DNA of 64,000 nt from an uncultured Synergistaceae bacterium. Lineage in GTDB: Bacteria > Synergistota > Synergistia > Synergistales > Aminobacteriaceae. The DNA lies in the NCBI GenBank assembly GCA_964451935.1, contig CAYVKE010000006.1:317-64316 (forward strand), written 5' to 3'. The notes beneath the pieces were generated by a model that was not told the origin of the DNA, did not search any database, and saw only the letters and a list, made by a program, of their open reading frames with translations. How positions within the stretch are numbered: the first letter of the stretch is position 1; every line of letters begins with the position of its first letter. The translations under genes were made by a program, and so were the position numbers. Shown here piece by piece: positions 55,775 through 64,000 of the stretch.

Positions 55775-58700
55775 TGTCCAAACGCGAAATCATAGGTGTC
55801 CGGATCAAACTGGCGAGTCCGGAGCGTATTCGTGAGCTGTCGAGCGGAGAGGTCAAGAAGCCCGAGACGATCAATTACCGGACGTTGCGTCCGGAAAAGG
55901 ACGGATTGTTCTGCGAGCGTATCTTTGGCCCCACGAAAAGCTACGAATGCGCATGCGGCAAATACAAGCGAAGCGGGCCCAAGTTTCGGGGCATTGTCTG
56001 CGATCGTTGCGGCGTCGAAGTGACGGACAACCGGGTCCGCAGGGAACGGATGGGGCATATCGAACTTGCCGCTCCGGTCGTCCATATATGGTATCTGCGC
56101 GGAATCCCGAGCCGTCTCAGCCTGCTTCTGGGCTCCAGCACGAAGGACCTCGAGAAGGTCGTGTACTTTGCGCCGACGCGGCGTCTTGAAGAGGCGTACA
56201 AGATCGTTTCCGACGGTCGCAGGACCGACCTTGCCCGAAAGGGAGACGTCATTTCCGAGAAGGAAGTCAAAGTTCACGTTCATTACGACCCCACGAAGTT
56301 CAAGGCGGAAAAAGCCTACAAGGTCGTCTCCGTCAACGATATCCCCGTGCGTGAGGGGGATGTCGTCACTGCGCAGCAGCTTGCGCGTTACAAGACGGAA
56401 TACGGGGATGATCTCTTCAAGGCGGAACCCGCGTTTGAACTTCAGTCAGTTTCGGAAACGCTCCACTACAAGGTCGGGGATATTGTCTCCCAGTCCGAAT
56501 ATCAGCGTCTTATCGCGCTCGAACTCGGCATAGATGCGAACCGGCGCCGTCAGGGGAATCAGGAGGAGTTCATCATCACCGCCGCCGCCCGGCTGCCGTT
56601 CGCCAAGAACGACGTCCTTTCCGAAACGGAATTGCAGTCGTTCAGCCAGAAGTATCCCGCGCGCTTTTCGGTGCAGCAGGAGAAGATCACCGTCGAAGAT
56701 CCGTGCTACATCGTCATCGAGCAGGGCGTGTCCCCCTTCGCCGTCGCGGACATCATCCTCGAACGCGAATATCGTCTCTGTTCCCTCTACGACAAGAAGT
56801 TCGAAGCGGGGATCGGCGCCGAAGGCGTAAAGACGCTCCTTGAGAGGATCGATCTTGAGCTTCTTGCCGCATCTCTGAGGGAAGAGATTTCCGAGAGTAC
56901 GGGGCAGAAGAAGCGGAAGCTCATCAAACGCCTGCAGGTGGCTGAGGATTTCCGGAAAAGCGATTGCCGTGCGACCTCGATGATTCTCGAAGTGCTTCCC
57001 GTTATTCCGCCCGATCTGCGCCCGATGGTTCAGCTTGACGGCGGTCGGTTCGCCACCTCGGATCTGAACGACCTGTACCGCAGAGTCATCAACCGGAACA
57101 ACCGGCTTCGCAAACTTCAGGAACTGCATGCGCCGGAAATTATCGTTCGCAACGAGAAGCGGATGCTCCAGGAGGCCGTCGATGCGTTGATCGATAACGG
57201 CCGTATGGGGAAGGCCGTACTCGGGGCCGGAAACCGCCCCTTGAAGAGCCTCACGGATCTTCTCCGCGGAAAAAAGGGGCGCTTCCGGCAGAATCTGCTC
57301 GGAAAGCGCGTGGATTACTCCGGCCGGTCGGTCATCGTCATCGGGCCGCAGCTCAAGCTCTACCAGTGCGGATTGCCGAAACAGATGGCGCTTGAACTCT
57401 TCAAGCCCTTCGTGATCCGGCAGCTTGTCGAACAGGGGCTTGCGCCGAACGTGAAAAGCGCCAAGCGTCTGATCGAACGCGGGCGGGACGAGATCTGGGG
57501 GATTCTGGAAGAGATCATCAGGGACCACCCGGTCATGCTGAACCGTGCGCCGACATTGCACCGGCTCGGGATTCAGGCTTTCGAGCCCGTCCTCATGGAA
57601 GGGAAAGCGATACGCCTGCACCCGATGGTCTGTACGGCGTTCAATGCGGATTTCGATGGAGACCAGATGGCGGTTCACGTTCCGCTCTCCATCGAAGCGC
57701 AGTCGGAGGCGCGTCTGCTCATGCTTTCGGCGAGCAACCTCATGTCGCCGGCGAGCGGGAAACCGATCGTCATTCCGACGCAGGACATCGTGCTCGGAAT
57801 ATTCTACCTGACCGACCTCCGTCCCGGGAAAAATGGCGAGGGAATGCACTTCACGGATATCGAGGACGTCCTTATCGCCCTCGACCACGGAGCGATTCAT
57901 GTCAATTCGAAGATCTTTCTCCGCGAGAATCCGGAATGGAATGCGGCCGGAGTCCGGCAGGGGTGGATGGAAACCAGTCCCGGGCGCGTCCTGTTCAACA
58001 GCGTGCTGCCGGAAAAGCTGCGTTTCATCAACAGACAGCTCGGCAAGAAAGACATTGGGAAGCTTCTTGACGACGCCTACGATGTTGTCGACAGGGTCGC
58101 CATCGTCAGAACGCTGGACGCGGTGAAGACGCTCGGATATCACTGGGCGACGCGGAGCGGCATCAGCTTCGGCGTGGATTCCATTATCATTCCCGTCCAG
58201 AAGAAGATTGTTACGGAGAAGTCGTTGGAGCAGGACGAGGAACTTAAATCGGAATACAACATGGGAATCCTGACCTCGGACGAGTATCTTTTCCAGAAGG
58301 AAACGCTCTGGTCCGAGGCTTCACGGGCGATAGCGGACGAAATTCTCGAGAATATGGAGCCGGATAATCCGATTCGCATGATGGTGGATTCCGGCGCGCG
58401 CGGCAGCAAAAGCCAGATGGGCCAGATGGCCGGTATTCGCGGATTGATGTCCGATCCGTCGGGACGCATCATTGACTATCCGATAACGGCCAACTTCCGC
58501 GAGGGTTTGAACATGCTCGAGTACTTCCTGTCCACGCACGGCGCAAGAAAGGGTCTTGCCGACACGGCGCTCAGAACCGCGAAATCGGGATACCTCACGC
58601 GAAGACTTGTTGACGTCGCACAGGACATTATCGTCACCGACCGGGATTGCGGAACGGATAAAGGTGTTCGCATCAGACCGCTCCTCCAGGACGGGAAGGT

Positions 58701-60747
58701 CATGATATCGCTGTCCGAACGCATCGTCGGCCGCAACGCTCTCGCCGACATTGCGCATCCCGAAACGGGAGAACTCCTCGTCTGCAAGGGCGAAAATATC
58801 ACGCCGACGATCGCCGAGGCTATCGAAGCCGCCGGCATCGATACCGTGTGGGTCCGCAGCCCGCTGACCTGCACGCTCAAGAATGGCGTGTGTCAGAAGT
58901 GCTACGGCATGGATCTCTCGGCCAGAAGGGAAGTTCCCATCGGCGAAGCCGTCGGCGTCGTTGCGGCCCAGTCAATAGGCGAGCCGGGGACGCAGCTCAC
59001 GATGCGCACCTTCCATACTGGCGGCGTTCGTTTGACGGGAGAAGACATCACGCAGGGCCTTCCGCGAATAGAACAGCTCTTTGAAGTCCGCAAACCGAAG
59101 AAGATCGCCTATCTCGCCGAAGTTGACGGCCGCGTGATCGAAATCCGCGATATGGAAGGCAAAAGAAAGGTCATTATCGCGCCGGAAAATTCAGAAGAGG
59201 AAAAAGCGACGTTCAATATCCCGACGTCGCAGAGGCTTCTTGTCGAAGAGGGACAGGAAGTGAAAAAGTCGCAGCGGATCACCGAGGGCAATATCGATCC
59301 GCAGCAACTTCTTGAGGTTGAAGGAATCGAAGCCGTCCAGACTGCTCTCGTGGACGAAATTCAGGAGGTCTACCGCTCTCAGGGAGTATCGATCAACAAC
59401 AAGCATATTGAGGTCATTCTCCGGAAGGTGGCGCCGGTCAACAGGATGCGCATCGTCGAAGAAGGAGACACGGGCTTCGTCGCAGGAGATCTCGTCTGGA
59501 CGGATGAGATAGAAACGGAAAATGAAGTGATCGCCGAAGAAAACGAGCGTCATATCGAAGAAGCCAATCTGGTTCTGTCCGGAAAAACGCTTCGAAGCGC
59601 GGAAAAGACGAATGAGGTGATAAGCCAGCTTTGCGGGCGTCAGCTCGACGAATCGGCGCTGCGGACTATCCTGAAGCCGGGAAATATGATTTCGGAAATG
59701 ACCGTGGATACGGGCGACGGCAGGGACTGTTTGTTCATAGTCGGAGAGGCCGCCTTCAGAAAACGTCTTGAAGGAATGGAACTCATCGAACCCTTTATTT
59801 CGCCGGATGGGAAAGAGATGCCGGCGGGGTCGGAGCTGACTCCCGGCCGACTCGGCATCATCACGGCGAATCTCCCGTCCCCGATAGTCGTTCGCGAAAC
59901 CGGAACGCTTGAGAAGCTCGTCGATGCGGCGTATCTCGCCGAAAAGGTCCTCATAGGCGACGTCGTCGTTGCGGAAGCGGATCGACTGATCTCCGCCGAA
60001 GCGATTCAAAGATTGAAAGAAGCGAACGTCCGTTCCGTGAAGGTGTGGCACTCCGTCGAACTTGTGCATCTGCCGGACGTAGTGCGCGAGAAGATCAAGA
60101 CGGATCTGTGGGGGAAAACAGTATTGCGCGCGGTCGATCTTCAGGGAAACACCATTGACGACGTTCCGCCGATTGTTGATGAACGCGTCCTGAAGGGATT
60201 GCTTGAAGCGGAGTTCGCCGCCGTCGAAATTGCTGACGGCGAGCTGATCACATACGAGAGACTCGTGAGGAAATATCTTTCCGAGAGAGTATACGGGAAG
60301 GTGCTTCTGGAGCCGGTCCGTGACCTGATGGGCGCAGTGCTGCTCGAACCCGGGCAGGTCGTGGATCACGAGAAGATCGACGCCATTGTTCGTTCCGGGG
60401 CGCAGGACCTCTCGCTTCGGCCCATGTCGGGACGTTCCGAAGATAGACGTCTGATCCGCCGGGTGTCTTTTGTGCGAAAACTGCGCGAAGGCCCGAAATG
60501 TAAGCCTTTCGTTCACGGAATCACCAAGGCGGCCCTCGCGACGGACAGCTTCCTGAGCGCCGCGTCGTTTCAGCAAACCGCGCAGGTCCTGGCCGGGGCG
60601 GCGGTCAAAGGAGATCTTGATCCTCTCAAGGGACTCAAGGAAAACGTCATCATCGGACACCTTATTCCTGCGGGAACGGGTGATGAACGTTTCAGAGAAA
60701 TGACGACGGTCGCGAAAGCAGGAACGGTACCCGCATCGAACGGCTGA
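55774..60747 (+). CDS. rpoC: DNA-directed RNA polymerase subunit beta-prime, unusually long (1657 aa) with two large insertions
   Basis: Zinc finger CACGKYK...CDRCGVEV, catalytic [12 protein letters not shown], an uninterrupted trigger loop MRTFHTGGV...[14 protein letters not shown], and [19 protein letters not shown]. The ATG shares one nt with the rpoB TAA stop. Confidence 0.97.
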
Positions 60748-60790
60748 TACGTTTTCGTGGTATTTCGGTCTCTTTTACGGGAGAATCGAC

Positions 60791-60830
60791 AAAAGGCGCA
60801 AACAGTCCTTGACACTGCTTTGCGCCTTTT
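60791..60830 (+). terminator. intrinsic terminator after rpoC
   Basis: AAAAGGCGCAAA pairs with TTTGCGCCTTTT (12 bp, plus 3 more bp beyond a 1-nt bulge) around a 9-nt loop. The U-rich 3' arm runs into gatatc. Confidence 0.6.
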
Positions 60831-60838
60831 GATATCAT
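60809..60838 (+). promoter_or_regulatory. candidate promoter of the L7Ae-rpsL-rpsG-fusA operon, embedded in the rpoC terminator
   Basis: TTGACA (60809-60814, in the hairpin loop), an 18-nt spacer, then TATCAT (60833-60838). Confidence 0.4.
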
Positions 60839-60869
60839 TCCATGGTGCTTTCGCACTGGAGGTGTTATT

Positions 60870-61145
60870 GTGCCTTTATGTGAGCTTGCATCGCCTCTGC
60901 GGGTTGTTGGGGAGAGGCAGGTTCGCCGGGCGATCGAAAGCGGCGTTCTTGATAAACTCTTTGTAGCGCGTGATGCGGATGCTGCGTTTGTGAACAGTGT
61001 GGTTCAGGAAGCGGATCGCAGAAAAGTTCCGATGGAGTTCGTCGACACGATGTTGCTTCTCGGGAGAGCGTGCGCCATAAGCAGGGGAGCTTCGGTGGCC
61101 GGAATTCGGGCGGACAGACCGGCCGCTCGTGAAACAAAAGACTGA
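60870..61145 (+). CDS. ribosomal protein L7Ae-family protein (YbxF-like)
   Basis: [14 protein letters not shown]...[18 protein letters not shown]...[16 protein letters not shown] resembles B. subtilis YbxF and occupies the same rpoC-rpsL position. GTG start after GGAGGTG. Confidence 0.8.
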   Translation: MPLCELASPLRVVGERQVRRAIESGVLDKLFVARDADAAFVNSVVQEADRRKVPMEFVDTMLLLGRACAISRGASVAGIRADRPAARETKD

Positions 61146-61161
61146 GGAAGGAGGGAGTTAT

Positions 61162-61539
61162 GTGCCGACAATCAATCAGCTTGTGAGAAAAGGACGTACC
61201 TCCAAAAGAGAGAAATCAAACGCGCCGGCGCTTCAGGGAAATCCTACCCGACGCGGCGTTTGCACGAGGGTGTACACCGTTACGCCGAAAAAGCCGAACT
61301 CGGCTTTGCGTAAGGTTGCGCGCGTTCGTCTGACGAACGGTATCGAAGTCACGTCGTACATCCCGGGTATTGGTCATAACCTGCAGGAACACTCCGTTGT
61401 TCTTGTCCGTGGAGGAAGAGTCAAGGACCTTCCGGGTGTCCGGTATCATATCGTCCGCGGAACGCTCGACTGTGGCGGCGTCGAGAATCGCAAAAAGGCG
61501 CGGTCGAAGTATGGCGCTCGTCGCCCCAAGGCGTCTTAA
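61162..61539 (+). CDS. rpsL: 30S ribosomal protein S12
   Basis: [11 protein letters not shown]...[17 protein letters not shown]...[18 protein letters not shown] 61162 follows GGAGGGAG. Confidence 0.97.
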   Translation: MPTINQLVRKGRTSKREKSNAPALQGNPTRRGVCTRVYTVTPKKPNSALRKVARVRLTNGIEVTSYIPGIGHNLQEHSVVLVRGGRVKDLPGVRYHIVRGTLDCGGVENRKKARSKYGARRPKAS

Positions 61540-61576
61540 GGGCGTCATTTTCGGGAGTTGAGGAGGGAGTCTTACC

Positions 61577-62047
61577 GTGCCGCGAAAAGGGCATATTTCG
61601 AAACGTCCGGCAATGCCGGATATGCGGTTTGGCGATATCGCCGCATCCAAGTTCATCAGCGGTCTGATGCACGAAGGCAAGAAAAGCACTGCCGAGTGCG
61701 TGTTTTACAAGGCTCTGGAGATAGCGGGCGAAAGAGTTGGGGCGGAACCGTTCGCGGTCTTCCAGAAGGCCATGGATAATGTGAAGCCGCTCGTCGAGGT
61801 TCGTCCGCGCCGGGTCGGCGGCGCGACCTATCAGGTTCCGGTTGAAGTTCTGCCGGAGCGCGCGCAGGTTCTTGCAATCCGCTGGATTCTGTCGTATTCC
61901 CGTTCGAAAAAGGGGATACCGATGTCAGAAAGACTTGCACGCGAGCTTGTCGATGCGTACAAGGGAGAAGGCGCTTCCATGAAGAAGCGCGAAGATACCC
62001 ATAAAATGGCTGAGGCGAATCGCGCGTTCGCTCACTACCGCTGGTAG
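61577..62047 (+). CDS. rpsG: 30S ribosomal protein S7
   Basis: PRKGHISKR...GKKSTAE...VEVRPRRVGGATYQVPVEV...ANRAFAHYRW. Confidence 0.97.
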   Translation: MPRKGHISKRPAMPDMRFGDIAASKFISGLMHEGKKSTAECVFYKALEIAGERVGAEPFAVFQKAMDNVKPLVEVRPRRVGGATYQVPVEVLPERAQVLAIRWILSYSRSKKGIPMSERLARELVDAYKGEGASMKKREDTHKMAEANRAFAHYRW

Positions 62048-62084
62048 TGGAGACGCGCAGCGCTCGGTGAGATGGTGAGGACGG

Positions 62085-64000
62085 ATGGAACGTATTGAAA
62101 TAGGAAAAATTCGCAATATAGGCATCGCGGCGCATATTGACGCCGGAAAGACGACAACCACCGAGCGAATTCTGTTCTATACCGGACGGAACTACAAGAT
62201 GGGTGAAGTCCATGAAGGCGCTGCCACGATGGACTTCATGGAGCAGGAACGGGAACGTGGAATCACGATTTCGTCCGCAGCTACGACGTGTCTGTGGAAG
62301 GATTGTTCTATCAACATTATTGATACGCCCGGACACGTGGACTTCACGGTTGAGGTGGAGCGATCCATGCGGGTTCTGGACGGCGCTGTTGCGGTGTTTT
62401 GCGCGGTAGGCGGCGTTGAGCCCCAGTCAGAGACAGTCTGGCGCCAGGCCGACAAATACGGTGTTCCCCGCGTGGCGTTCGTCAACAAGATGGATCGCAT
62501 CGGGGCGGATTTTCGTTCCGTCGTGCGAGGCATCAAGGAAAAGCTCGGGGCAGTGCCCATTCCCATCCAGATCCCGATCGGCGAGGAAGAAAGCTTCTCC
62601 GGGATGGTCGATCTCGTCGAAATGAAGGCGACCTATTACACTGATGAACTGGGCACGGATCCGCATGTCCGCGAGATTCCCGCTGATCTCAAAGAAGAAG
62701 CGGCCCGGACTCGCGAGGCGCTGATCGAAGCGCTTTCCGATTTTGATGAGAAGATTATGGAGCTTTTCCTTGAGGGCGAGGACATCCCCAGGGATCTTCT
62801 CAAACGCGCGATTCGGGAAAACACGATTCAACTTCGTGTCGTTCCGGTGCTCTGCGGTTCGGCGTTCAAGAACAAAGGCGTTCAACCCCTTCTTGACGCT
62901 GTCGTCGATTATCTTCCGAGTCCGCTCGACCTTCCGCCCGTTACGGGAATCAACCCGGATAACGGTGAGGAAGTGTCGCGCAAGAGCGCTATTGGCGAGC
63001 CTTTGACGGCTCTGGCGTTCAAGATTTCGGTCGATCCTTTCGTGGGGCGTCTGGTCTTTACGCGAATATACGCCGGACTCCTGACCAAGGGAATGACAGT
63101 GTACAATCCGACGACTCGTTCGCGCGAACGAATCGGCAGAATTCTCCGGATGCATGCGAACAAGCGCGAAGAGATTGAAGAGGCCGAAGCCGGGATGATT
63201 ATCGCTCTTCCGGGACTGAAGGCGACGCGGACGGGCGATACGCTCTGCACGGAAGACAAGCCGGTTGTCCTGGAAAAGCTGGAATTCCCGGATACTGTCA
63301 TTTCGCTTTCGGTCGAGCCCGCGACGAAGAACGACAAGCTCAAACTGACCAAAGGTCTTGTGTCTCTTGCTGAAGAAGACCCCACCTTTAAGGTCCATAC
63401 GGACGAAGAGACGAGCGAAACGATTATTTCCGGCATGGGAGAATTGCATCTGGAAATCATCGTCGACCGCCTCAAAAGAGAATTCGGGGTGGATGTCAGG
63501 GTAGGCCGCCCGCAGGTTTCGTATCGCGAGGCGATTTTGCATCCGTCGCGCGCCGAGGGAAAACTCGTCAAACAGACCGGCGGACGCGGACAATACGGGC
63601 ACGTCGTGTTTGAAATGGAGCCGCTCGAAGACGGCAAATCATATGAGTTCGAAGATGCCGTCGTCGGCGGAACGGTTCCCAGAGAATATATTGCTGCTGT
63701 TCAGAAAGGCCTCGACGAAGCGATCAATAGCGGCGTGCTCGGCGGATATCCTGTCATCGGAATCAAGGTAAGGCTCGTCGACGGGAGTTATCATGAGGTT
63801 GACAGCTCCGAGATAGCGTTCAAGATAGCAGCGTCGATCGGTTTTAAGGAAGCGATGCGGAAGGCCGGGCCGATACTCAAAGAACCCATCATGAGCGTCG
63901 AAGTGGTTACCCCGGAGGAATATGTCGGCGACGTTATCGGCGATATCTCCTCACGGAGGGGACACATCGAGGGAATGGAAATGAGGGCCAATACAAGGGT
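62085..64000 (+). CDS. fusA: elongation factor G; 3' end runs off the window
   Basis: Not in the ORF track because there is no stop in the window. My translation from ATG 62085 gives [34 protein letters not shown]...[24 protein letters not shown]...NKMDR. SD GGTGAGGA. Confidence 0.95.
   Translation, partial: MERIEIGKIRNIGIAAHIDAGKTTTTERILFYTGRNYKMGEVHEGAATMDFMEQERERGITISSAATTCLWKDCSINIIDTPGHVDFTVEVERSMRVLDGAVAVFCAVGGVEPQSETVWRQADKYGVPRVAFVNKMDRIGADFRSVVRGIKEKLGAVPIPIQIPIGEEESFSGMVDLVEMKATYYTDELGTDPHVREIPADLKEEAARTREALIEALSDFDEKIMELFLEGEDIPRDLLKRAIRENTIQLRVVPVLCGSAFKNKGVQPLLDAVVDYLPSPLDLPPVTGINPDNGEEVSRKSAIGEPLTALAFKISVDPFVGRLVFTRIYAGLLTKGMTVYNPTTRSRERIGRILRMHANKREEIEEAEAGMIIALPGLKATRTGDTLCTEDKPVVLEKLEFPDTVISLSVEPATKNDKLKLTKGLVSLAEEDPTFKVHTDEETSETIISGMGELHLEIIVDRLKREFGVDVRVGRPQVSYREAILHPSRAEGKLVKQTGGRGQYGHVVFEMEPLEDGKSYEFEDAVVGGTVPREYIAAVQKGLDEAINSGVLGGYPVIGIKVRLVDGSYHEVDSSEIAFKIAASIGFKEAMRKAGPILKEPIMSVEVVTPEEYVGDVIGDISSRRGHIEGMEMRANTR

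Noticed and set aside
59545-60498. The RpoC insertions as inteins or inserted mobile genes.
   Set aside because: There are no intein splice-junction residues or blocks (no C/S/T at the junction with a terminal HN) and no endonuclease motifs. Codon usage and GC are the same as the flanking rpoC, and the sequence looks like duplicated native beta-prime modules.

Overview
GC-rich (about 60% by eye) 64-kb stretch of core bacterial chromosome. I call 53 protein genes and 2 tRNAs, and 52 of these 55 genes are on the + strand. Two genes are cut by the window edges and so are missing from the ORF track: speH at 1-359 (minus) and fusA at 62085-64000 (plus). The content is housekeeping: thrC-thrB, lptA-lptB, murJ, tsaD, a CIRCE-controlled groESL, guaA, a membrane pyrophosphatase, dnaG, eno, rex, yajC-secDF, recJ-relA-dtd, radC-mreBCD-mrdA-minCDE-rodA, a radical-SAM/DUF2344/RNase G trio, smc, rsmI, metG, tatD, tgt, tsaC, and rpoB-rpoC-L7Ae-rpsL-rpsG-fusA. 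I saw no rRNA, CRISPR array, transposase or integrase, phage gene or defence gene. The gene order is Bacillus/Clostridium-like, yet outer-membrane genes (lptA/lptB, a LapA-domain protein) are present and RpoC is 1657 aa. This combination fits a diderm Firmicutes-like lineage, most plausibly Synergistota (inference only). I did not find a convincing self-contained novel system. The most unusual items are: (1) two large repeat-built insertions in RpoC; (2) a homoserine kinase fused to aspartokinase-type tandem ACT domains with an internal SD-ATG; (3) the tightly coupled, functionally uncharacterised radical-SAM/DUF2344/RNase G module; and (4) terminator hairpins with an embedded -35 box on both sides of rpoBC. 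All protein calls rest on motif recognition by eye, since no database search was possible. Many ORF-track starts are over-extended, and I give the start that has a Shine-Dalgarno (SD) sequence.
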